A stretch of 64,000 nt of DNA from an uncultured Candidatus Saccharibacteria bacterium. GTDB taxonomy: Bacteria; Patescibacteriota; Minisyncoccia; 2-02-FULL-40-12; GWA2-44-9. The stretch is from positions 142,072-206,071 of the forward strand of contig CAZENF010000002.1 of NCBI GenBank assembly GCA_964513645.1, written 5' to 3'. Below the pieces are notes generated by a model. It ran no database searches. It was not told the origin of the DNA and saw nothing but the letters and a program-made list of their open reading frames with translations. Positions 55,442-64,000 of this stretch are shown here, one piece after another; position 1 is the stretch's first letter; each line of letters opens with the position of its first letter. The translations under genes and the position numbers were made by a program.

Positions 55442-57538
55442 ATGGCGATAAAAAAATACGAACAGGAATTTGCGGGAAAACCGCTGAAGGTTGAAATTGG
55501 TCGCTTAGCCAACTTAGCTAACGGTTCTGTCTATGTTCAGTATGGTAATACTGCGGTCCTGGTCACAGCAGTTATGTCTCCCTCGGCCAGAGCCGTTGAT
55601 TATATGCCGCTTTCAGTTGATTATGAGGAGCGCTACTATGCGGCAGGTAAAATCAAGGGTTCTAAATGGATAAAGCGCGAAGGCCGTCCGTCGGAAGAAG
55701 CGATTTTATCCGGCCGGCTTATTGACCGTTCTTTAAGACCGAGATTTGATCACCGTATCCGGAATGATATGCAAGTGGTTGCAACGGTCTTATCTTTTGA
55801 CAGCCAGAATGACCCGGATATGCCCGCGCTTTTTGGTGCTTCTTTGGCGCTGATGATCTCGGACATTCCTTTTAACGGCCCTGTTGCGGGTATTCGGGTA
55901 GGAAAAGTTGGCGACAAACTCGTTTTTAATCCTGTTTATTCAGAAAGAAAAGAAAGTAACTTTGATATTGTTGTCGCAGGAACTTCTAACCGGATAAATA
56001 TGATTGAAGCCGGAGCATCTATAATTTCGGAAAAAGAGATAGTCGAAGCTATCGGAGCGGGATTTAAGGAGCTCAAGAAATTGATAGAGTTTCAAAGACA
56101 CATTACCGATGATATCAAGCCTGTTAAAAAGGAACTGGCTTTGGCTGAAATAGACGGGAAACTTACCAAGCTGGTCAAAGATTTTTTGTCACCTAAGCTT
56201 GAGAAATTTATCTATACCAGAGTAAAACAGGAATATGTTGACGGTATGGCAAAGGTCAGAAAAGAAGTCCAGGATCACGTCAAAGAAAGCTATAAGGAAG
56301 ATAAAGATCTTGCCAAAAAACTTCAAGAAACAGAGCATTTGTTTGACGAAGAAATAGGCCAGGTCGTTCACCAAAATATTTTGGACCATGAAAAAAGACC
56401 CGATTCGAGAAAATTAGACGAAATAAGAGAGCTCTCGGTTGATACGGCCGTTCTCCCTTACACCCACGGCTCCGGCTTGTTTCAGAGAGGAACAACTCAA
56501 GTTCTTTCGACCTTAACCCTGGCTTCGCCCGGGATGGAACAGTGGGTTGAAACGATGGAAATAGAACTTACCAAAAAAAGATTTATGCATCACTACGCCT
56601 TTCCCCCTTTCAGCGTCGGGGAAGTCGGACGTATGGGTGGAACAGGGCGCAGGGATATCGGCCACGGTGCTTTGGCAGAAAGAGCTTTGATTCCGGTCAT
56701 CCCTTCAAAAGAAGATTTTCCATATACTATCAGGATGGTTTCCGAAACCTTGGCCTCTAACGGCTCTTCTTCAATGGCCTCTGTTTGCGGTTCTTCACTG
56801 GCTTTGATGGACGGCGGGGTACCAATCTCTTCTTCAGTTGCCGGTATTGCCATGGGTGTTATGTTCGATGAAAAAGGCCAAAATTATAAGGTTATAACTG
56901 ATATTCAAGGACCAGAAGATCATCATGGCGATATGGATTTTAAAGTAGCTGGGACTAAAGAAGGTGTTACGGCGATGCAAATGGATGTTAAGGTTGAGGG
57001 TATTACTGAAGAGGTTCTTGAAAAAGCTCTGGCGCAAGCTAAGAAAGCCCGTCTTGAAATACTTGAAAAAATGAATTCTAAGATAGATAAACCAAGACCG
57101 GAATTATCACCTCTGGCGCCTCGGGTAAAGACCATCAATATCGACCCTGATAAAATCGGTACAGTTATAGGTAAGGGCGGGGAAACGATAAATAAAATAA
57201 TCGAGGAAACCGGTGCTGAAATAGATATTGAAGACGACGGTTCTGTTTTTATAACCTGCTCTTCGGCAGACGGTATGGAGAGAGCGATACAGATAATAAA
57301 AGACCTGACTTATGAACCTAAGCCGGGTGATGCTTTTGAAGGCAGAGTGACACGTCTGTTGGATTTTGGAGCTATGATAGAATATATGCCTGGAAGAGAG
57401 GGATTGGTGCATGTGTCAGAGATATCTAAAGAGAGGATCCGCCGACCGTCTGATGTTTTGAAAGTAGGTGAAAAAGTCCAGGTTAAAGTGAAAAACACCG
57501 ATGAATATGGTAGAATTAATCTGACGATGAAGCAATAA
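55442..57538 (+). CDS. pnp: Polyribonucleotide nucleotidyltransferase
   Basis: PLSVDYEERYYAAGKI, GRRDIGHGALAE, SNGSSSMASVC, GDMDFKVAG, KH and S1 domains. Confidence 0.98.
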   Translation: MAIKKYEQEFAGKPLKVEIGRLANLANGSVYVQYGNTAVLVTAVMSPSARAVDYMPLSVDYEERYYAAGKIKGSKWIKREGRPSEEAILSGRLIDRSLRPRFDHRIRNDMQVVATVLSFDSQNDPDMPALFGASLALMISDIPFNGPVAGIRVGKVGDKLVFNPVYSERKESNFDIVVAGTSNRINMIEAGASIISEKEIVEAIGAGFKELKKLIEFQRHITDDIKPVKKELALAEIDGKLTKLVKDFLSPKLEKFIYTRVKQEYVDGMAKVRKEVQDHVKESYKEDKDLAKKLQETEHLFDEEIGQVVHQNILDHEKRPDSRKLDEIRELSVDTAVLPYTHGSGLFQRGTTQVLSTLTLASPGMEQWVETMEIELTKKRFMHHYAFPPFSVGEVGRMGGTGRRDIGHGALAERALIPVIPSKEDFPYTIRMVSETLASNGSSSMASVCGSSLALMDGGVPISSSVAGIAMGVMFDEKGQNYKVITDIQGPEDHHGDMDFKVAGTKEGVTAMQMDVKVEGITEEVLEKALAQAKKARLEILEKMNSKIDKPRPELSPLAPRVKTINIDPDKIGTVIGKGGETINKIIEETGAEIDIEDDGSVFITCSSADGMERAIQIIKDLTYEPKPGDAFEGRVTRLLDFGAMIEYMPGREGLVHVSEISKERIRRPSDVLKVGEKVQVKVKNTDEYGRINLTMKQ

Positions 57539-57600
57539 ATCCAATTACCTGGTACAAATTTTTAATCTGTACTTAAGTACCCTGGATTTTCTACCATAGA

Positions 57601-59181
57601 ATGGATGGAGACCAGAAGACACTTACTGTTGGTGATATTCTTGACCAATTAGTCAAATCCCCTGCTGCTCAAGGGCCTGGTCCTCAAGTTCCCCAAACTC
57701 CCAAACCGGCCCCACCACCTACATCTACGCCTCCTGTAAACTTAAGCCAGGAAAGGGGTTTTAGCTTACCTCAACTTGGCAAAAAAGAAGAATCTTCTGA
57801 ACCAAGCGTTCAAACAAAACCTTCTGCATCTTTTCCGGTCTCAAACCAGACTCTAACCCCCAGACTTTATATTAGAACTATGGCTGATGATCTGGTGAGA
57901 TTAAAAAAAGGCCAGACACCGACCGAAGTTCAAATCAAATCAGCTCCGACCGTGTTCAGTGAAGGAAAAAAACTTGAACCACAAATCCAGTCTCCCAAAA
58001 TTCAACAAATTCAACCGACACAGCAAGTTGTTGGGCAGGAAGTCGAATCACAGCCTGAACCAGGTAAGGGCCTGGTATCCGAAGTATCCGATCTGCTAAA
58101 AACTTTGCCTGTGACCGGTCCTTTTGGCGGCTCAACACAATCGAATGCCAAAATCCCGCCAATAAAAATACCGTTTTTTGGTTCAAAACCGTCCTCGGAA
58201 CCCCCTCTTAAAGCTTCAATTTCACTACCTTCAATACCCTCTCCCGGCCAGTCTGTACCTGAACAATCTCAACCTCCTTTTTCTGGGTTACCGCCGCATA
58301 TTCACGAAGAAGTAGAAATATCAGATAAAGACCTCTTGCCCGCTTTTCCGGGAGCCCCTATGCCCAAAAAGATACCTAAAAAACAGGAAGAAAAAGTCGA
58401 ATACAGGGCTATTGCCAGAGTGGTCAGTAGCGGAATGGTAACTGGTATTTTAGGAACGGTAATTCTTGCGGTGGTGGTTTATTTTGCTCTGACCTTTTTT
58501 GTATTCAAGAAAGAACCACTTTCTTTAAATTCAACCACTCCTACCCCGGTCGACCAAACATCGGGTAGCGACGATAAGGGGTTAGAAACAATATTCAAAT
58601 CAACCCCGCTAATTAATTTTAACGTTCCCACCGACAATAAAACCACAGCCAGAGAATTGCAGTCTTTTATGGACGGGCAAAATATTGATAAAAAAGAGTT
58701 CAAAAGGATTAACTTCCAAATTCCAGGGCTTGCACCGGATCAGAACCCTTCTTTTGTGGATATAATGAAAAGCTTGGCTATAACTCCTCCGCCCGAACTA
58801 AAAGATATAATCAGCAAGGATAATATGGTTTTCTTGTATGGTCAGGAAGAGGTTTTTGGTAATGAAGCCAATTTAAAAAGACTGGTATTTATAGTTGAAA
58901 TAAAAGATTCTGATAAGGTTCAGGAAGTAATGAATAAATGGGAGGCAACTTTAGCCGACGATTTTAATGAGGTTTTCAATATCGACCCTTCAAAACAGGC
59001 AAGCTATACATTTTTAACCAACGACCACAGAGGAGTTACAATAAAGTACAAAAACTTTCCCTTGCCTGACAAGAGTATCGACTACACGATCATAACCTCG
59101 TTAACCGGCCGGCATTATCTGATGATTACAAATTCGAGGGAATCGATGTTTTCTCCTGCCGACAAGATTAAAGGTCTTTAG
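57601..59181 (+). CDS. Bitopic membrane protein with Pro-rich N-terminus
   Basis: IRTMADDL motif, single TM, C-terminal globular domain. Confidence 0.75.
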   Translation: MDGDQKTLTVGDILDQLVKSPAAQGPGPQVPQTPKPAPPPTSTPPVNLSQERGFSLPQLGKKEESSEPSVQTKPSASFPVSNQTLTPRLYIRTMADDLVRLKKGQTPTEVQIKSAPTVFSEGKKLEPQIQSPKIQQIQPTQQVVGQEVESQPEPGKGLVSEVSDLLKTLPVTGPFGGSTQSNAKIPPIKIPFFGSKPSSEPPLKASISLPSIPSPGQSVPEQSQPPFSGLPPHIHEEVEISDKDLLPAFPGAPMPKKIPKKQEEKVEYRAIARVVSSGMVTGILGTVILAVVVYFALTFFVFKKEPLSLNSTTPTPVDQTSGSDDKGLETIFKSTPLINFNVPTDNKTTARELQSFMDGQNIDKKEFKRINFQIPGLAPDQNPSFVDIMKSLAITPPPELKDIISKDNMVFLYGQEEVFGNEANLKRLVFIVEIKDSDKVQEVMNKWEATLADDFNEVFNIDPSKQASYTFLTNDHRGVTIKYKNFPLPDKSIDYTIITSLTGRHYLMITNSRESMFSPADKIKGL

Positions 59182-59245
59182 AAACCCTAACTTTGTTGGT
59201 ATCTTGTTAATAAGTCATTTTTTAACTCGGAATTTAAAAGCAGAT

Positions 59246-59361
59246 TGTCACCAAAAAGTGCAGAGTTTAAGAGGATTTCTTTTAAATTTGTGTCACCAAT
59301 AACAATAGGTGACAAATTATCCACAGTTTCGATTGACCGGTGTCACCAATCTTAGTATACT
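59246..59361 (+). promoter_or_regulatory. TGTCACCAA operator array with DnaA box and promoter
   Basis: TGTCACCAA at 59246, 59291 and 59341; inverted copy 59306-59314; TTATCCACA 59317-59325; TTGACC-17-TATACT. Confidence 0.7.
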
Positions 59362-59366
59362 CTAAG

Positions 59367-59490
59367 TAGTTCATTTGGCTGGTTATTATTAAGATTTTAA
59401 TAATAGTTGGCTTTTGTTCATGTTTTAAAGGCTTGGGCTCAGGCTTACCCACTTCGGGTTTTTGTACGGGCTACCAAGCCTTTTTTGTTT
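59367..59490 (+). ncRNA. Candidate sRNA or attenuated leader
   Basis: Follows the promoter; 15-bp hairpin, then AAAGGCTTGG/CCAAGCCTTT stem with T-run. Confidence 0.45.
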
Positions 59491-59527
59491 GCTTTTTTAT
59501 TTTTGCATGATATGCTAACTTCGAATT

Positions 59528-59893
59528 ATGGATAATGATCAATTAAAAAAATTAAGAGAAAATCTGAACAAAAGGTTAAAAGAGATAGATTTGGAATTAT
59601 TAAAAATTGCCTCAGAAAACCCGTTAGTTAAAGGCGATTTTGAGGTGAAGGTTGAAGATCTTGGCAAATCATTGGAGGATACGGAACAAGAAGCCGGAGA
59701 ATTAGACAGGAATCAGGCTTTAGTTAATGCCCTTGAAAAAGAAGGTAAAGATATCAGAAATACTCTTAACAAGATAAATTCAGGCCTATACGGTAAATGT
59801 GAGAATTGTTCTTCCGAAATAGCTCAGGCAAGACTGAAGGCGGTTCCTGTGGCTAAACTTTGTATCAATTGCGCTAAGAAAAACCCTTTTTAA
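59528..59893 (+). CDS. TraR/DksA C4-zinc-finger protein
   Basis: Coiled coil, then YGKCENC..I...RLKAVP.A.LCINC. Confidence 0.9.
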   Translation: MDNDQLKKLRENLNKRLKEIDLELLKIASENPLVKGDFEVKVEDLGKSLEDTEQEAGELDRNQALVNALEKEGKDIRNTLNKINSGLYGKCENCSSEIAQARLKAVPVAKLCINCAKKNPF

Positions 59894-59922
59894 ATAATTT
59901 TCCTGGAGGGGAAAATATAAGA

Positions 59923-61464
59923 TTGTCAGTAACTATTTTTTCCGCTGCTCTATATGGTATAGATGCCAAGTTAATAGAAGTAGAGGTGGATTCATCGAGA
60001 GGCATCCATTCTTTTAACATAGTTGGTTTAGCGGATAAAGCTGTTCAAGAATCTAAGGAAAGAATAAGTTCCGCTATGAAAAATAGCGGATTTTTGCCTC
60101 CAAAATCAAAAACCGGCAAAGTTATAGTTAACCTTGCCCCAGCCGATATTAAAAAAGAAGGTCCGGCATACGACTTACCCATTGCCCTTGGCTATCTTTT
60201 TGAGACCAAACAAATAAAATTTGACCCCAATAAACGGATTTTTGCCGGAGAGTTGTCTTTGGACGGACGTTTAAAAAATACAGCCGGAATATTGGCAATG
60301 TCTATTTTGGCTCAAAAATTGGGTTTTAAGGAAATCATTGTTCCCAAAATTAATTCCAGTGAAGCTTCTATTGTCAGGGGTATAGATGTTGTTGGAGCCG
60401 AGAACTTGGCTCAGGTTATTTCACATCTGGACAGAACCAATATCCTGGATCCGGTTAAAGAAAACCAATCTCAAAACAAAGAATATTACCCCGAATCATT
60501 TACATCCATTAAAGGCCAGGAATATGCCAAAAGAGCACTTACTATTGCTGCTGCCGGAGGGCATAATCTGTTTATGTCTGGTCCGCCTGGGGCGGGCAAA
60601 ACCTTATTAGCCAGGTCCTTAACTGATATTTTACCGCCTTTGTCATTTGTTGAGGCAATAGAGGTTGCCAAGATATATAGTTCCTTGGGTTTAATGGACA
60701 GTAACTCCCCTCTTTCTTTAGGCAGGCCATTTCGAAGTCCTCATCATACAACCTCAGCCGTCGCAGTTATCGGCGGCGGAACCTTACCCAAACCAGGAGA
60801 AATAAGCTTAGCCCATAGAGGTGTTCTTTTTCTCGATGAATTACCAGAATTTCCAAGGAATGTTATAGAGGCACTCAGACAACCTCTTGAAGATGGTACG
60901 GTGACTGTTTCACGGGTTTCCGGCTCGGTTAAACTGCCGGCAAAGTTTATGCTTATCGGGGCAATGAATCCCTGCCCGTGTGGCAATTATGGTAATCCAC
61001 ACGGCGAATGCATTTGCAGCCCTTTTAGTGTTCTCAAGTACCGTAAAAAAATATCAGGACCATTATTAGACAGAATAGACATACATATAAATGTTCCGCG
61101 CGAAACATTGGGGGAAAATGACGATAAATACGAAGAAAAACTTGCTGATTTTGCGAAGATTAAGGAAGGTATAGGGAAAGCACGAACCATCCAGCTGGAT
61201 AGGTTCGCCAACTTAAATGTTTTCAGTAACTCAGAAATGAACTACAAAAATGTTGAAAAATTAAGCAATATTGATACAACAGCCAAGCTTGTTCTCAAAA
61301 AAATAATAAACCAAAAAGGCCTATCCTTAAGAACTTTTCACAAGACTTTAAAGGTGGCCAGAACAATCGCAGATCTCGAAAATTCCGAATCTGTCAAAGA
61401 GGCTCATATTTCGGAAGCCCTTGCTTTCAGAATGAATGAGAAGATTCTGACGGAACTTGGCTGA
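59923..61464 (+). CDS. comM: ComM/YifB Mg-chelatase-like ATPase
   Basis: VNLAPADIKKEG, GPPGAGKT, RPFRSPHH, GEISLAHRGVLFLDE, NPCPCG. Confidence 0.95.
   Translation: MSVTIFSAALYGIDAKLIEVEVDSSRGIHSFNIVGLADKAVQESKERISSAMKNSGFLPPKSKTGKVIVNLAPADIKKEGPAYDLPIALGYLFETKQIKFDPNKRIFAGELSLDGRLKNTAGILAMSILAQKLGFKEIIVPKINSSEASIVRGIDVVGAENLAQVISHLDRTNILDPVKENQSQNKEYYPESFTSIKGQEYAKRALTIAAAGGHNLFMSGPPGAGKTLLARSLTDILPPLSFVEAIEVAKIYSSLGLMDSNSPLSLGRPFRSPHHTTSAVAVIGGGTLPKPGEISLAHRGVLFLDELPEFPRNVIEALRQPLEDGTVTVSRVSGSVKLPAKFMLIGAMNPCPCGNYGNPHGECICSPFSVLKYRKKISGPLLDRIDIHINVPRETLGENDDKYEEKLADFAKIKEGIGKARTIQLDRFANLNVFSNSEMNYKNVEKLSNIDTTAKLVLKKIINQKGLSLRTFHKTLKVARTIADLENSESVKEAHISEALAFRMNEKILTELG
61092..61107. promoter_or_regulatory. 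parS-like site within comM
   Basis: TGTTCCGCGCGAAACA versus consensus TGTTNCACGTGAAACA. Confidence 0.6.
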
Positions 61465-61480
61465 TGTTCCGCGCGGAACA
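61465..61480. promoter_or_regulatory. parS-like site, intergenic
   Basis: Perfect palindrome TGTTCCGCGCGGAACA. Confidence 0.65.
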
Positions 61481-61489
61481 TCTAACGCA

Positions 61490-62536
61490 CTATCGTATAA
61501 ACCCTGCAATAGTTGAGTTATTAATGGGAACCTCACGGTGATCTACTACTCGCAGTCCATAGAAGTTTTGTTCTACAACCTGGATGCTATCTTCCTTAAC
61601 TGAGGTTATCAGGGCTATGTGGCCGTACCGGCCGTAACTTTTACCTACAAACACCACTACTCCTCCGGCTTGAGGATAAGACGTATTTATGTATTTTCTC
61701 CAATCCTTTGCGTTACCTCTTAGGCCCGAGTATCCATGAGCCTGAACAAACGAAACACATTGGCCATCCCTTGTCGGAAGGTAAACTTGAGAACCGACGG
61801 TGACCGACTTAGCAATATAAATTGGATTAGGTCCCGGCATTTCACCGTCCGGGACGATTATTTCAATGCCTGATTCAAGCTGACTTTCAGTTTCAATCTT
61901 GTTGAAGGATAATATTTTTTGAGAGTCAGCTTTATACTCCTTAGCAATTGACGCGACCGTATCCCCATTTTTTACCGTATGAATAACACCACTAACTGGA
62001 AGAATCTTCAAAACCTGGCCTAAACTCAGCTGATTCGGATTTCTTATGTTATTGGCCCAAATAATAGTGTTGGTGCTAACACCGTAATCAGAAGCAATAG
62101 AAGCGATCGAGTCTCCCTGTTCCACAGTATACTTAATTACCTGGTCAGGTTTGAAACCGTCTAAGTAATCAGTAGATGCCGGATTTATAGCTTGGATTGA
62201 GTTATCATTCATGCCGGAAGTGCTTACAAACGATTCAACGGTTGTTTTTCCTGGGTCATCAGGGCTTAAAGCCGAGAGGGTACTTATGTCAGCGAGCTGA
62301 CTTGGTGATTCTTTGTAATCCAACATTGAGGCCGAGGTTTCCTCAATAGAATCTTTAAGTAAATTACTGAATACTGTCGGTTGGCCTTGTTCGGAGGCTT
62401 TAAAACTTAGAACCGTAAAAACAGCCCCAATAATTAGGAAGCAATACAAAACGTCACTTTTAAGAAATGACAGGGTTTTCTTTACCCAGTATCGTTTAAG
62501 GAAAGAAGAACGATATTTGTCGGAGAAGATACTAAT
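61490..62536 (-). CDS. LysM x2 + CHAP peptidoglycan hydrolase
   Basis: YTVEQGDSIASIA, HTVKNGDT; GQCVSFV, YGHIA, VEQN; start either ATT 62536 or TTG 62449. Confidence 0.88.
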   Translation of the reverse strand: MSIFSDKYRSSFLKRYWVKKTLSFLKSDVLYCFLIIGAVFTVLSFKASEQGQPTVFSNLLKDSIEETSASMLDYKESPSQLADISTLSALSPDDPGKTTVESFVSTSGMNDNSIQAINPASTDYLDGFKPDQVIKYTVEQGDSIASIASDYGVSTNTIIWANNIRNPNQLSLGQVLKILPVSGVIHTVKNGDTVASIAKEYKADSQKILSFNKIETESQLESGIEIIVPDGEMPGPNPIYIAKSVTVGSQVYLPTRDGQCVSFVQAHGYSGLRGNAKDWRKYINTSYPQAGGVVVFVGKSYGRYGHIALITSVKEDSIQVVEQNFYGLRVVDHREVPINNSTIAGFIR

Positions 62537-62681
62537 GGTTTAGCTCTTATTTAGTACGGACAGTGTTATAAACGCAAAAATTCTCGCAATGAGAATTACA
62601 GTATCTAAATTAGCATTTTTAGTTCAGGGCGTCAATCAGAGGCTGTTGACATAAACAACCTGTTGGATATAAATTTCGATA

Positions 62682-63050
62682 ATGACAACCACTAGTGAGT
62701 TCGGCAATTGGGCTGAATATTACGTCGCACAATATCTTAAATCCAAAGGGTATGTAATTTTGGATAAAAATTACCGCAAAAAATGGGGAGAAATAGATAT
62801 AGTTGCAGAAAAAAAAGGAATACTTATTTTTGTTGAAGTAAAAGCCAATAAGAATAATATTCCTGGATTTGAGGCCGAAAACAGGGTAAGCCGTGAAAAG
62901 TTAAGAAGGATGAACAGGGCTATCCAGAGTTACCTCTTTAATAAAAAATTAAGGTCAGACCAGGACTGGCAGATCGATGTAATTTCACTAAACTTAGAGC
63001 GGGACAGGGGATTGGCCAGAATCCGCCATTTTAAAAACATCGAAATGTAG
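62682..63050 (+). CDS. yraN: YraN-family nuclease
   Basis: G..AE, NYRKKWGEIDIVA, FVEVK, IDVI. Confidence 0.92.
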   Translation: MTTTSEFGNWAEYYVAQYLKSKGYVILDKNYRKKWGEIDIVAEKKGILIFVEVKANKNNIPGFEAENRVSREKLRRMNRAIQSYLFNKKLRSDQDWQIDVISLNLERDRGLARIRHFKNIEM

Positions 63051-63169
63051 GCCAAGTTTTAAGAGGGCTATTTCGCTTTACAAATTGATTATAATCTGGT
63101 ATAATATGAGTATAAGGATTTGTCCTTTGAAAACTCGGTTTTGCCCTAATTTGGGCAGGGAGAGAGAAA

Positions 63170-63997
63170 ATGAAACGGTTTTTCCTGATGTTGATTGCTT
63201 TGTTTTTCTTGTCGCTGCCGTCAAAGGCGTCGGCCCAGCAATTGTGGGTGTACGATTCGCGGGCGGGAGTGATCCCGGTCAGCGGATACGGGTATGACCC
63301 GTATTATCGACAGCCGTACGGCGGTTACTATGATCCCAAGATGATCGATCCGTGCTACGGTTCGGACCAGTTCTATCAGGGGATGCGTGGCAGCATGCAT
63401 GTCCACAAAGGTGAGGTCCATTTCCGTCCCTGCGATCCGACCGACAGCCGTATCAATACAGCCGTCGGAGGAGCGCTTGGTGCGGGTGGCGGAGCTCTTG
63501 TCGGAGCTTCGGTTGCTGGTCAAAGAGGCGCTGCTATCGGCGCCACGGCCGGGGCTATCGTGGGAGGCGTTCTTGCTTCTCGTCGTTCTCATGACAATTG
63601 TCTTGTTGTGAGGTCGGCAACGGCAGTCGAGACGCGGTCGGGACATGTCACGACCGAGGCGGTATCCGCAACGGCTCCAGTAAACGTTCCTGAACTGCAA
63701 ACAATTCCGGAAGTTACTTCACAGAGACCGATTGCCGGTCCGGCCGTTTCTGGTTCGGCCGAGGAACTGGAGATTTGCAATCAGACTCGGGTTTACGTCG
63801 AGCTTTACGACGGCGACACCTATCTCGGGCGCATGAGCCCGGGATCTGTACTGCGGGTCGGTTTTCCCAAGAACAGGTATCGGGGTTTTGCCCTGGTGCC
63901 CAATCCTGACGGCGGTTTCCGGAAAGACGAACTTGACCGCGAGGTTAGTCCGACAAGTTGGATTTTCGTCGAGCCCGATGTGGCTCGAGGGAGGTAG
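63170..63997 (+). CDS. Exported glycine-zipper protein
   Basis: Signal peptide ending ASAQ; GGALGAGGGALVGA..GAAIGATAGAIVGG; visibly GC-richer than flanks. Confidence 0.7.
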   Translation: MKRFFLMLIALFFLSLPSKASAQQLWVYDSRAGVIPVSGYGYDPYYRQPYGGYYDPKMIDPCYGSDQFYQGMRGSMHVHKGEVHFRPCDPTDSRINTAVGGALGAGGGALVGASVAGQRGAAIGATAGAIVGGVLASRRSHDNCLVVRSATAVETRSGHVTTEAVSATAPVNVPELQTIPEVTSQRPIAGPAVSGSAEELEICNQTRVYVELYDGDTYLGRMSPGSVLRVGFPKNRYRGFALVPNPDGGFRKDELDREVSPTSWIFVEPDVARGR

Positions 63998-64000
63998 TGA

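Noticed and set aside
59246-59349. CRISPR array or plasmid iterons
   Set aside because: Repeats are only 9 bp, one is inverted, and there is no cas or rep gene nearby.

Overview
About 64 kb of a small-genome bacterial chromosome spanning the replication origin (rpmH-rnpA-yidD-yidC-jag diverging from dnaA-dnaN). Gene content suggests CPR/Patescibacteria, Parcubacteria-like (inference): short infB and yebC, a PrgI/VirB4/VirB6-like cluster, a PilB-type ATPase, comM, few Shine-Dalgarno sites and very few metabolic genes. It holds housekeeping genes (rluD, rplS, iscS, tig, nusA, ruvB/C, tyrS, PBP1A, rsmA, pcrA, dut, cca, infB, xer, rpsO, pnp) and 20 intact-looking tRNA genes. The most unusual signals are non-coding and centred on tRNAs. 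(1) A complete tRNA-Cys sits inside the anticodon loop of a second tRNA-Cys. (2) Both tRNA-Lys genes carry a ~185-190 bp cassette of the same architecture but different sequence: hairpin, inverted T-arm copy, three hairpins, direct repeat of the tRNA 3' end. (3) A 39-bp element occurs twice, each time inside a partial tRNA duplicate. (4) A rare tRNA-Ile(UAU) coexists with an Ile2-like CAU tRNA. Also visible are several promoter-hairpin-terminator candidate sRNAs, a TGTCACCAA operator array, variant parS sites and a B. subtilis-like oriC unwinding module. No CRISPR array, rRNA or transposase was seen. All calls are by eye, with no database searches.
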